Of a DNA stretch of 64,000 nucleotides, positions 35,907 to 45,425 are shown piece after piece. The notes below the pieces were generated by a model. The model saw only the letters and a list, made by a program, of their open reading frames with translations, did not search any database and was not told the DNA's origin. Every line of letters begins with the position of its first letter. The first letter of the stretch is position 1. The translations under genes and the position numbers were made by a program. This DNA comes from Patescibacteria group bacterium. GTDB lineage: Bacteria; Patescibacteriota; Patescibacteriia; UBA2591; JAQUPP01. The stretch is from positions 7,709-71,708 of the forward strand of contig JBAZMD010000002.1 of NCBI GenBank assembly GCA_041649955.1, in the 5' to 3' direction.

Positions 35907-38651
35907 TTATTTCCCACAGCATTTTTTATATTTTTTCCCGCTACCGCAAGGACACGGATCATTGCGACCGACTTTTTGTTTGCTATTTATCGGTTCTACA
36001 TTATTTGTTGATTTTTCCGCTCCGCTTAAACTCATTTTTTTGGATTGCTGCATTGGCGCTCTTTCCACCAAGCCGACTTTGTAAATAGAATAAACCACTT
36101 GCTTGTCAATCGCGTCAAGAAGTTGGTTGAATTTTTGAAAAGATTCTTTTTTATATTCCACCAACGGATCGTGCTGGCCATAAGCTCTGAGTCCGATACC
36201 ATCTTTAAGATTATTGATAATTTCCAAATGATAAATCCAATAACGGTCAATGCTTTGAAGTAGAATTGATTTTTCAATTTTTTCCAATAAATTCGGCTCC
36301 GGAATTGATAATGATTTGCCGGATGCTTCAACCGTCGCTTCCAATTTATCATAAGCCTCGTGGGCCAATTCTTCTAAATATTTTATCAATCTGTCGCGAG
36401 TATAAACATCTTGCGAACGATTGCCGGCTTGATTGTAAATATCATTCAAGGCTTCTTCTAAATTTTCCTGAACCGGAAAAATATTTTTAATTAAATTGGC
36501 AATGCCCTTAACGTCCCACTGATTTTCCGCGTCGCCGGCCGTATGAAAAGCGACTATTTTTTTAATTTCTTCTTCAACGACGTTTAAAATTTTCTCTTTT
36601 AATCCTTCTTTATCCATGGCCAAAATCTTTTTTCTTCGGCCATAAATCGTTTCGCGGTGCTTGTTTAAAACATCATCATAGTCAAGCAAATGTTTTCTCA
36701 TGTCAAAATTAAATTCTTCAACTTTTCTTTGAGCTGATTCAATGGCTCGGGAAACCATTCTGTTTTCAATCGGAAAATCTTCCGGAATTTTTAAAGTTTG
36801 CATTAAACCTGAAATGCGGTCGCCGCCGAAAATTCTCATCAAATCGTCTTCCAAGGAAATGAAAAATTCAGTTGAACCCGGATCGCCTTGTCGTCCGCTT
36901 CTTCCTCTTAACTGATTATCAATGCGGCGTGATTCGTGCCTTTCCGTACCGATTACGCGCAGACCTCCGGCTTCAATAACTTTTTTTTGTTCTTCAATAT
37001 CCGGCGGATTTCCACCCAAAATAATATCCACTCCCCGACCGGCCATATTGGTGGCCACGGTTATTGCTTTCATTCTTCCGGCTTGAGCGATAATTTGCCC
37101 TTCTCTTTCGTGATTCTTGGCGTTTAAAACTTCATGAGGAATTCCTTTTCGTTCCAATAATTGAGAAACTAATTCATTTTTATCCACTGAAATAGTACCA
37201 ACCAAAACCGGTTGGCCTTTTTCATAACATTTTTTAATTTCCTCCGCCAAAGCATTATATTTTCCCTGTTCAGTGCGATAAATTTTATCCGAAAAATCTT
37301 CTCTGGTCACGGGTTTATTGGTGGGAATAGCCACTACTTCCAAATGATAAATTTTATCAAATTCTTCCGCTTCGCTGAGAGCCGTACCGGTCATACCGGC
37401 TAATTTTTTATAAAGACGAAAATAATTTTGAAAACTGACTGTGGCCAAAGTATTTGATTCCTGTTGAACTGCCACATTTTCTTTGGCTTCAATGGCTTGA
37501 TGCAAACCCTCGGAATAACGGCGGCCAAACATTAATCTTCCCGTAAATTCATCAACAATCACTATTTCTCCGTCTTTAACCACATAATTGCGATCTAATG
37601 TAAAAAGGCTTTCGGCTTTTAAAGCGGATTCAACATGATGAACTAAAGTGAAATTACTGGTTGCCCACGGATCTTCACCCAGCCAAGCCACCAATTTATT
37701 TTGTCCGCCTTCGGTTAAAATGACGGTTTGCATTTTTTCATCAACAATATAATCTTCTTCTTTTTTAAAATTTTTAGCCAAGCGCGCCAATTTAAAATAC
37801 AAGTCAGCCGATTCTTCAGCCGGTGAAGAAATAATCAAAGGAGTTCTGGCTTCATCAATTAAAATACTGTCCACCTCGTCAACAATGGCGTAATTAAATT
37901 CTCGCTGAGCCATATCATCCAAACTGTAAACCAAATTATCTCTTAAATAATCAAAACCGAATTCATTATTCGTGCCGTAAGTAATGTCAGCCTGATACGC
38001 CTCTTTTCTTTTAATCGGTCGCAGATAACTTTTTATAATTTTAAAAGCTTCCACTTCTTTATTTTCTTCTTTTTTTTCTGTATTTATCACCAACTTTTCC
38101 TGGCTTTTTTCCGTGTCAGTCCGTGTCTCGTCCGTGTTAGTCTGTGCAGCGTAATTCGGATCATAAATAAAAGCCGCATCATGAACAATGCAGCTGACGC
38201 TTAATCCCAAAGCATAATAAATTTGGCCCATCCAAACAGTGTCTCGGCGAGCCAAATAATCATTAACCGTAATAATATGTACGCCCTTTCCGTCCAGAGC
38301 ATTCAAATAAGCCGCTAAAGTGGCGGCTAAAGTTTTTCCTTCACCGGTTTTCAATTCAGCGATTTGCCCTTTATGAAGAATAATACCGGCCATTAATTGA
38401 ACATCAAAATGCCTTTGTTTTAATGTTCTCTTGGCCGCTTCTCTCGTCAAAGCAAAAGCTTCGGGCAAAATTTGATCCTTGGATTTTCCATTTTTCAATT
38501 CATTTTTCAATTCATTTGTTTTTTCAACTAAATCACTATCGGATAATTTTTCAAATTTCGATTCCAAAGAATTTATTTTTTCCACAATCGGCAAAAGTTT
38601 TTGAATTTCTTTTTTGTTCGGGTCGCCAAAAATTTTTTTAAAAAGGGACAT
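35907..38651 (-). CDS. secA: preprotein translocase ATPase SecA (with partial repeat-element insertion and C-terminal SEC-C zinc motif)
   Basis: 914 aa; DEAD-motor Walker A/B, IRA domains; C-terminal DPCPCGSGKKYKKCCGK. Confidence 0.95.
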   Translation of the reverse strand: MSLFKKIFGDPNKKEIQKLLPIVEKINSLESKFEKLSDSDLVEKTNELKNELKNGKSKDQILPEAFALTREAAKRTLKQRHFDVQLMAGIILHKGQIAELKTGEGKTLAATLAAYLNALDGKGVHIITVNDYLARRDTVWMGQIYYALGLSVSCIVHDAAFIYDPNYAAQTNTDETRTDTEKSQEKLVINTEKKEENKEVEAFKIIKSYLRPIKRKEAYQADITYGTNNEFGFDYLRDNLVYSLDDMAQREFNYAIVDEVDSILIDEARTPLIISSPAEESADLYFKLARLAKNFKKEEDYIVDEKMQTVILTEGGQNKLVAWLGEDPWATSNFTLVHHVESALKAESLFTLDRNYVVKDGEIVIVDEFTGRLMFGRRYSEGLHQAIEAKENVAVQQESNTLATVSFQNYFRLYKKLAGMTGTALSEAEEFDKIYHLEVVAIPTNKPVTREDFSDKIYRTEQGKYNALAEEIKKCYEKGQPVLVGTISVDKNELVSQLLERKGIPHEVLNAKNHEREGQIIAQAGRMKAITVATNMAGRGVDIILGGNPPDIEEQKKVIEAGGLRVIGTERHESRRIDNQLRGRSGRQGDPGSTEFFISLEDDLMRIFGGDRISGLMQTLKIPEDFPIENRMVSRAIESAQRKVEEFNFDMRKHLLDYDDVLNKHRETIYGRRKKILAMDKEGLKEKILNVVEEEIKKIVAFHTAGDAENQWDVKGIANLIKNIFPVQENLEEALNDIYNQAGNRSQDVYTRDRLIKYLEELAHEAYDKLEATVEASGKSLSIPEPNLLEKIEKSILLQSIDRYWIYHLEIINNLKDGIGLRAYGQHDPLVEYKKESFQKFNQLLDAIDKQVVYSIYKVGLVERAPMQQSKKMSLSGAEKSTNNVEPINSKQKVGRNDPCPCGSGKKYKKCCGK
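38110..38148. repeat. partial copy (GTCCGTGT units) of the in-frame repeat family inside secA
   Basis: ccgtgtcagtccgtgtctcgtccgtgttagtctgtgcag; encodes AQTNTDETRTDTEKS loop. Confidence 0.65.
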
Positions 38652-38758
38652 AATAGGTTTATAGTTTATGGTTGATGGTTATAGTTGTTTAGTTATTGGT
38701 TTTAAAACTGAAAACTAATAAACTGAAACTAATAACCAAAAACTACATTGAACTGTTT

Positions 38759-39148
38759 TTATTCTTCGTCTTCATTCTCTTCTCCCTTTTTAGAAAATAA
38801 GGAAGAAATCGCTTTTGTGCCTCTGACAAATTTATTAATCAAACGCTTTTTGGACTCGCGAATGCCTCTATAATGTTCCAATTGCTTTCTGATTTTTTCT
38901 TCAACTTTATCTATGGCCTCTTGAACATTGGTTGCCCGAACCGAAGCCTCTAATAATCTATCCGGCATTTTTAAAGCCAGTTCCAATCTGAAAGCTTCTG
39001 ATTTGGCATAGCTGGCATTATGATTTAAATCCACTTTTGCCTCCCAAATTTTATCGGAAAAACGATTTAATTTTTTAATTTTTTGTTCCAAATACTCTTT
39101 TAATTCTTCTGAAAGAGTAACGTTTTGAAAAAAATACTTTATTTCCAT
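38759..39148 (-). CDS. hpf: ribosome hibernation-promoting factor (HPF/RaiA/YfiA family)
   Basis: 129 aa; ITLSEELKEYLEQKIKKL..RF...A.V.L sigma-54 modulation protein fold signature. Confidence 0.85.
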   Translation of the reverse strand: MEIKYFFQNVTLSEELKEYLEQKIKKLNRFSDKIWEAKVDLNHNASYAKSEAFRLELALKMPDRLLEASVRATNVQEAIDKVEEKIRKQLEHYRGIRESKKRLINKFVRGTKAISSLFSKKGEENEDEE

Positions 39149-39250
39149 ACCAAATTTATTAAAATTTTAGCCCCCCAATTGATTAAAATATGTTAATTAA
39201 ATTATTAACTTATATTACTTTGATAAATACAATTAAAATTTTACTAGAAA

Positions 39251-39332
39251 TTTGAGTACCCCCTCCTTTTAGACGCTCTTATACGTAATACATAAGATTT
39301 TATTTCAAGAGCGCTCAAAAGGAGGGGGTAAA
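39251..39332. repeat. long inverted repeat (23-bp stem, ~26-nt loop): TACCCCCTCCTTTTAGACGCTCTT ... AAGAGCGCTCAAAAGGAGGGGGTA
   Basis: arms 39257-39280 and 39307-39330 are reverse complements with two mismatches; GC-rich in AT-rich intergenic region. Confidence 0.55.
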
Positions 39333-39372
39333 GGTTTTGTTGCTCTGACTTAACGTCCGGAGACAAAACTCT

Positions 39373-40953
39373 TTATATTAATGATATTCCTGTCATTTCG
39401 GCCGGTTTTTCCAACTTCATAATTTTTAAAATAGTTGGGGCGACATCGGCTAAGACACCGCTTGGCGCCAATAAATTCAATTCTTGCGCCGTCTGGACGG
39501 TAGATTTATTTTCTGAATTTTTATCTATCACAATAAAAGGAACCGGATTGGTGGAATGCTCTTTATCTATTTCACCGGTGCGAAGATTGGCCAACTCCTC
39601 GCTATTGCCGTGATCGGCAACAATAATACTAGCCCAATTTTCTTTTAAAGCCAAACTGACAATTTGGCCTATTGCCTCATCTAGAAATTCCAGTGCCTTG
39701 ATCGTAGCCGGTAAATTTCCGGTATGTCCGACCATATCAGCATTGGCGAAATTAACCACGATAAATTGATATTTATTGCTGTCAATGGCCCATAAAACTT
39801 GATGAGTTACTTCAGAAGCCGACATTTCAGGTTTTTGATCATAAGAAGAAATGCGCGGCGAAGGGATTAAAATGCGATCTTCTCCGGGAAATGGTTCTTC
39901 ACGTCCGCCATTGAAGAAAAAAGTGACATGGGCGTATTTTTCCGTTTCGGCGATATGAAGCTGTTTTAAGCCCTGATCGCTGATAATTTTGGCTAATGAA
40001 TTTTTAATTTCTTCCGGAGGAAAAGCTATTTCTACGGGTAAATCTTTTTCATATTCTGTCATGGTGACAAAAAATAAATTTTTGATTTTTTCTCTTTTAA
40101 AACCCTTAAAATCATTTGAAACGAAAGATTTGGTCAATTCGCGTCCGCGATCAGATCTGAAATTAAAGAAAATTACCGCGTCATTATCCTGAATTTTACC
40201 CAAGGGCTGAGAATCTTTTGTTATTATAATCGGACTGAATTCCTCATCATAAATTTGTTTTTTATATGAAGATTCAATCGCCTCTAACGGATTTGTAAAT
40301 TCTTCTTCGGCCAAACCTTTTGCCATGGCCAAATAAGATTGTTCAATTCTTTCCCAATGATTATCGCGATCCATTGCCCAAAAACGGCCGGTGATTGTCG
40401 CTATTTGTCCTACTCCTATGATTTTAATTTTTTCCATCAATTGAATCAAAAAACTTTTTCCGTCATCTCTCGGCGTGTCTCGTCCGTCTAAAATAGGATG
40501 AATATAAACTTGTTTAAAATCATTTTTAGCGGCCAATTCCAAAAGCGCGTATAAATGCTCGTTTGACGAATGAACTGCTCCGTTTGACAACAATCCGACC
40601 AAATGCAGATTGGATTGATTTTTCTTGGCATGTTCTATCGCTTTTAAAAAAGCTTGATTTTTAAAAAAACTTCCGTCAATAATTGATTTATTGATTTTTG
40701 GCAAATTTTCCCAAATAATTTTTCCGGCCCCCAGACTTAAATGTCCAACTTCGGAATTGCCCGGTTCTCCCCAAGAAAGACCAACTGCTTCGCCGGACGA
40801 TTGCAAAGTTGAAGTAGGATAAATAGAAACCAATTTATTAAATATCGGCAAATTAGCCAAAGTAACGGCATTGCCTTGACTTGGCGGAGCAATTCCCCAA
40901 CCATCAAGAATAATGAGTAATACCGGCTGAATTTTAGCGGTTATTTTGTCCAT
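39373..40953 (-). CDS. gpmI: 2,3-bisphosphoglycerate-independent phosphoglycerate mutase (iPGM), copy 1
   Basis: 526 aa; LIILDGWG, GNSEVGHLSLGAGK, FFFNGG, ADHGN motifs. Confidence 0.9.
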   Translation of the reverse strand: MDKITAKIQPVLLIILDGWGIAPPSQGNAVTLANLPIFNKLVSIYPTSTLQSSGEAVGLSWGEPGNSEVGHLSLGAGKIIWENLPKINKSIIDGSFFKNQAFLKAIEHAKKNQSNLHLVGLLSNGAVHSSNEHLYALLELAAKNDFKQVYIHPILDGRDTPRDDGKSFLIQLMEKIKIIGVGQIATITGRFWAMDRDNHWERIEQSYLAMAKGLAEEEFTNPLEAIESSYKKQIYDEEFSPIIITKDSQPLGKIQDNDAVIFFNFRSDRGRELTKSFVSNDFKGFKREKIKNLFFVTMTEYEKDLPVEIAFPPEEIKNSLAKIISDQGLKQLHIAETEKYAHVTFFFNGGREEPFPGEDRILIPSPRISSYDQKPEMSASEVTHQVLWAIDSNKYQFIVVNFANADMVGHTGNLPATIKALEFLDEAIGQIVSLALKENWASIIVADHGNSEELANLRTGEIDKEHSTNPVPFIVIDKNSENKSTVQTAQELNLLAPSGVLADVAPTILKIMKLEKPAEMTGISLI

Positions 40954-41070
40954 AAATACAGTTTAATATAACCATTCAATTGTTTAAAAATTTCTAATTT
41001 TTAATTTCTATTTAATTTTAAATTTCAAATTTTAAAAATTTAATAAAAATTGTAAATTGTAAATTGAAAA

Positions 41071-42648
41071 TTACGCTATCAGCGTCTTGCCCGTCATTTC
41101 TTTTGATTTTTTAAGACCCATTAACTCCAAAATGGTCGGCGCCACATCAGCTAAAACGCCGTCTTTTCTTAACTTCTTATCTTTATAAGCAGAATTAATT
41201 AAAATAAACGGAACCGGATTTATGGAATGTTTCGTATCCACTTCTCCGGTTATTAAATTAATCATTTCTTCTGCATTGCCATGATCAGCAGTAACAATTA
41301 TAGAATAACCATGCTTTTTACCCGCTTTGATTATTTTCCCTAAACTTTCATCAACACATTCTATTCCCTTCACTGTTGCTTGTAAATTACCAGTATGACC
41401 AATCATATCAGGATTACAAAAATTCATCATGATAAAAGAAAATTTTTCATTTTTAATTTTTTCCAAAACTATTTTTGTTATTCTTCGCGCGCTCATTTCG
41501 GGCGTTAAATCATAATGAGAAACATCCGGTGACGGAACAATTATTCTTTCTTCTCCTGATACGGAATGATCATAGCCGCCATTGAAGAAAAAAGTGACAT
41601 GGGCGAATTTTTCAGCTTCAGTGATATAAAGCTGCGGCAAGCCGTCTATAATTACCGGTAAACTATTTTTTACTATCCGGCTGGGATAAGCGGTTCTAAT
41701 ATGATCCAAATCCGGACCAAAATCTGCCAGAGCGACAAAAAATAAATTTTTCGGCCATTTTTTTCTTTTAAACGAACCTGGATTTCTTTGATTGAATTCT
41801 TTTTGAACAAAAGCTTTGCTTAATTCGCGGGCTCGGTCGGATCGCAGATTCATAAAAATAACCAAATCATCATCGTCAATAGTAGCGGTTGGCTGATGAT
41901 CTTTTTTGATAATAGTCGGTAAAATAAATTCATCTGTTTCTTGCCGATTATAAGCTTGGACAATCGCCTCCTTGGGATTGGGAGCTTGGAATCCTTTGCC
42001 TAAAACCAAAAGATTGTAAACTTTTTCAACTCTGTCCCATTGTTTGGTTCTGTCCATGGCAAAAAATCTGCCTGAAATACTGGCGATATTAACTTTCAAA
42101 TGATGATTGTTGTGATTTACTTTTTGTTCAAATCTTTCCACCAGGCGAATAGCCGCGTGCTGGGAAGAATCACGGCCATCGGTAAAAAGATGTAAAAATA
42201 CTTCTTCAACTTTCTGTTCTTCCAAAAGTTTTAACATTGCCAACCAATGTTCAGGTGATGAATGAGCGCTGTTTTCTTCAGTCACCAAACCCATTAAATG
42301 AACTTTTGATTTGTATTTTTTAAAATGAGAAATTCCTTCCAAAAAAGCGGGGTTTTTAAAAAATGTTTCATCTTTAATGCCCTCTGAAATATAAACCGCG
42401 TCATCTTTAACAGCTCGTCCGGCACCCAAATTCAAATGACCGGCCTCTGAATTTCCGGGCTGATCTTTAGGCAAGCCAACGCATTCTCCAAAAGCGCAAA
42501 CTTCGGTATAGGGATATTTCTCTTTATAATGATTAAAATTGGGCGTATTTGCCAAAGTAACAGCATTACCTTTGCTCTCCGGCGCTACTCCCCAACCGTC
42601 CAGAATAATCAGAATTACTGGATTAATTTTTTTCGTAGATTTTACCAT
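41071..42648 (-). CDS. gpmI: 2,3-bisphosphoglycerate-independent phosphoglycerate mutase (iPGM), copy 2 (tandem paralog)
   Basis: 525 aa; same motif set; ~45% identical to copy 1 with one 30-nt stretch identical at DNA level. Confidence 0.9.
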   Translation of the reverse strand: MVKSTKKINPVILIILDGWGVAPESKGNAVTLANTPNFNHYKEKYPYTEVCAFGECVGLPKDQPGNSEAGHLNLGAGRAVKDDAVYISEGIKDETFFKNPAFLEGISHFKKYKSKVHLMGLVTEENSAHSSPEHWLAMLKLLEEQKVEEVFLHLFTDGRDSSQHAAIRLVERFEQKVNHNNHHLKVNIASISGRFFAMDRTKQWDRVEKVYNLLVLGKGFQAPNPKEAIVQAYNRQETDEFILPTIIKKDHQPTATIDDDDLVIFMNLRSDRARELSKAFVQKEFNQRNPGSFKRKKWPKNLFFVALADFGPDLDHIRTAYPSRIVKNSLPVIIDGLPQLYITEAEKFAHVTFFFNGGYDHSVSGEERIIVPSPDVSHYDLTPEMSARRITKIVLEKIKNEKFSFIMMNFCNPDMIGHTGNLQATVKGIECVDESLGKIIKAGKKHGYSIIVTADHGNAEEMINLITGEVDTKHSINPVPFILINSAYKDKKLRKDGVLADVAPTILELMGLKKSKEMTGKTLIA

Positions 42649-42718
42649 ATAACTATTATTTTTATTAAAAATAAAGTTTTAAAATTTGGTATTATTTAGA
42701 AATTAGGTCAATTAGAAA

Positions 42719-43999
42719 TTAGGCATTTTTACCAAGCTCTTCCTCAATCTCCATTAATCGATTATATTTTGCCACTCGTTCTCCTCTGTTTGGCGCGCCT
42801 GCTTTGATAAAATCAGCGCCGACCGCCACGGCCAAATCAGAAATAAAATCATCGCTTGTTTCGCCGGAACGATGAGAAATAACAATTTTATAATTATTTG
42901 CCTGGGCCAATTTAATGCAATTTATCGTTTCAGTCAAAGTACCGATTTGATTTGGTTTGATTAAAATAGAATTTGCCGCTCTTTCTTCAATGCCCTTTTT
43001 TAAATGATCAATATTGGTGGTGAATAAATCATCGCCGACAATCATAATTTTTTGCAAACGCGCATGAAGATCTCTCCAGCCGGCCCAGTCGTCTTCTGAT
43101 AAACCGTCTTCAATGGAAATAATCGGATATTTTTCAACCCAAGTTTGATATAAGGCAGTCAAATCTTGAGATGATAATTTTTTATTTTCAAAAACATATT
43201 TTTTTTCGTTAACATCATAAAATTCTGAAGCCGCCACGTCTAAGGCAAAAACTATATCTTGACCTATTTTAAATCCCGCCTCTTGAGCCGCGGACATCAA
43301 AACTTTCAGCACTTCTTCATTATTTTTAAAGCTTGGCGCGAAGCCGCCCTCATCTCCCACGGCTACTGAAAAACCGTAAGTGCTCTTAATAATATTTTTA
43401 AGTATTTGAAAAAATTCCGCGCTTAATCTTATTCTTTCTTTGAATAATCGGTCGGGTTGATTTTTAAAATTTTCAGCCAAAGGCACGATCATAAATTCTT
43501 GAATATCTAATTTATTGTCAGCATGCCTTCCTCCATTAATCACATTAAGCATCGGAATAGGAAGTTTGTAAGTTTGTAAGTTTGTAAGCTGGTAAGTCTC
43601 GCAAATATATTTATATAAAGGAATATTTTGCGATTTTGCGCCAACTCGAGCACAAGCCAAAGAAACTCCCAAAATGGCATTAGCGCCTAATTTGTTTTTA
43701 TTCGGCGTTCCATCCAAATCAATCATTAATTTATCAATTTCTTGAGGATTTGGTTCGTGTCCGATTAAAGCCGGAGCAATTATTTTTTCCACATTTTCAC
43801 AAGCATTTAATACACCCTTGCCGCCATAACGGTTTAAACTATTATCTCTTAATTCAAGCGCTTCGTGTATGCCGGTTGAGGCTCCGGAAGGAATTGCGGC
43901 TTTGGATTCCATCCCATTTTCCAAAATAACTTTAACCTCAAGAGTCGGATTGCCTCTTGAATCTAAAATTTCGCGAGCAAAAATATTTTTAATTTTCAT
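42719..43999 (-). CDS. eno: enolase
   Basis: 426 aa; IKPNQIGTLTET, SHRSGETED-like motifs (SHRSGETSDDFI). Confidence 0.95.
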   Translation of the reverse strand: MKIKNIFAREILDSRGNPTLEVKVILENGMESKAAIPSGASTGIHEALELRDNSLNRYGGKGVLNACENVEKIIAPALIGHEPNPQEIDKLMIDLDGTPNKNKLGANAILGVSLACARVGAKSQNIPLYKYICETYQLTNLQTYKLPIPMLNVINGGRHADNKLDIQEFMIVPLAENFKNQPDRLFKERIRLSAEFFQILKNIIKSTYGFSVAVGDEGGFAPSFKNNEEVLKVLMSAAQEAGFKIGQDIVFALDVAASEFYDVNEKKYVFENKKLSSQDLTALYQTWVEKYPIISIEDGLSEDDWAGWRDLHARLQKIMIVGDDLFTTNIDHLKKGIEERAANSILIKPNQIGTLTETINCIKLAQANNYKIVISHRSGETSDDFISDLAVAVGADFIKAGAPNRGERVAKYNRLMEIEEELGKNA

Positions 44000-44017
44000 G
44001 GTTTCTATTATTAGTTA

Positions 44018-45328
44018 TTAGTTAATTAATGGCTTAATGCCGGGCAATATTTTTCCTTCCAAAAATTCCAACATTGCTCCCCCGCCGGTGGAAACAAACA
44101 CATGCGCTGACCCATACTGACTTAACACTGACTTACGCTGACGATTTCCGTGTAAGTCTGTGTTTTTGTCCGTGTTAGTCTGTGCTTGCCGCAGAGCGGC
44201 GATTGTTTCTCCGCCGCCAATAATAATTTTGGCCTTGCGATTATTTAAAATAGTTTTAGCTATTTTTTTTGTTCCTTGATTATAAAATTGTTCTTCAAAA
44301 AGACCCATTGGACCGTTCCAAACAATTGTTTTGGCGGTTTTAAGATATTTTTTAAATAATTCAACGGTTTTAGGACCAATATCAAAAATTCTAAAATCGC
44401 CGCCAAATTTATGATCTATTTTTTTTGTTTCTTTAATTAAAGATTTATTATCCAATTTTATTTTAGAATCTTGAGGTAAAATAATTTTTCCATTTTTAGC
44501 CAATTTTTTCGCCACTTCAATCATCCTTGGTTCATAAAATGAGGCTCCGATATTAACTCCTTTTATTTTCAAAAAAATATTGGCCAAGGCTCCGCCGATT
44601 AAAATCTGATCAGCTTTTTTAGCTAAATTTTTTATGGTTTTTATTTTGGTGGAAATTTTAACTCCGCCCATTAAAACTATAAATGGATGAATCGGTTTGG
44701 CTAGAATTTGACTTAGATTTTCAACTTCTTTAGCCAGACGAAAACCGGCATAGGCCGGCAAATAACGGGTAATTGCCGAAACCGAAGCGTGCGCCCGGTG
44801 GCAAACAGAAAAAGCCTCATTAACGTATAAATCGGCCAGCTCGGCTAATTGCTTGGCAAATTTTAAATCATTTTTTTCTTCCCCGGCGTAAAAACGGAGA
44901 TTTTCCAATAAAATAATTTCTCCCGGTTTCATTACCTTAATCGCTTTTTTGACTTTTTCGCCAACGCAATCATCAATAAATTTAACATGAAGCATGGAAC
45001 CTAGAACATGTAACCTATTAATATATTTTGCTACCGGTTTTAAACTATATTTATTTTTGAATTCTCCGACGCTTCGGTCGGAGCCCCGACCTATTGGCGT
45101 CGGGGTTGAATTTTGTATTTGTTTCAGATTTTTAAATGGATCCCCTATGTGACTAATTAAAATAACAATGGCTTTTTTTTGAATTAAATATTTAACAGTT
45201 TCCATGCTGGCCTGAATGCGCGCGTCATTAATAACCCGTCCGTTTTTTATCGGACAATTAAAATCAACTCTTACCAGTACCCTTTTTCCTTTTAAATTTT
45301 TAATTTCTTTAATTGTTTTTAACTTCAT
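44018..45328 (-). CDS. pgk: phosphoglycerate kinase (with two different in-frame repeat insertions)
   Basis: 436 aa (~40 aa longer than typical); VLVRVDFNCP, ILLENLRF, FVSTGGGAMLEFLEGK. Confidence 0.9.
   Translation of the reverse strand: MKLKTIKEIKNLKGKRVLVRVDFNCPIKNGRVINDARIQASMETVKYLIQKKAIVILISHIGDPFKNLKQIQNSTPTPIGRGSDRSVGEFKNKYSLKPVAKYINRLHVLGSMLHVKFIDDCVGEKVKKAIKVMKPGEIILLENLRFYAGEEKNDLKFAKQLAELADLYVNEAFSVCHRAHASVSAITRYLPAYAGFRLAKEVENLSQILAKPIHPFIVLMGGVKISTKIKTIKNLAKKADQILIGGALANIFLKIKGVNIGASFYEPRMIEVAKKLAKNGKIILPQDSKIKLDNKSLIKETKKIDHKFGGDFRIFDIGPKTVELFKKYLKTAKTIVWNGPMGLFEEQFYNQGTKKIAKTILNNRKAKIIIGGGETIAALRQAQTNTDKNTDLHGNRQRKSVLSQYGSAHVFVSTGGGAMLEFLEGKILPGIKPLIN
44112..44185. repeat. 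in-frame repeat element copy in pgk (CTGACTTAACACTGAC ... GTCCGTGTTAGTCTGTG)
   Basis: catactgacttaacactgacttacgctgacgatttccgtgtaagtctgtgtttttgtccgtgttagtctgtgc; encodes AQTNTDKNTDLHGNRQRKSVLSQYGSAH. Confidence 0.75.
45064..45105. repeat. two adjacent GC-rich hairpins (CTCCGAC-GCTTCG-GTCGGAG; CCCCGAC-CTATTGGC-GTCGGGG) in frame in pgk
   Basis: read directly; encode NSTPTPIGRGSDRSVG extra segment; first stem identical to intergenic 4046-4063. Confidence 0.65.
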
Positions 45329-45425
45329 AATTTTAATATTATTATAACATAAAAACCAATCATCTACAAGCTTAAAATGTAAAGAAGGGACGAAAATTTT
45401 TCCGTCCCTTCTCTTGTTGGCAATT

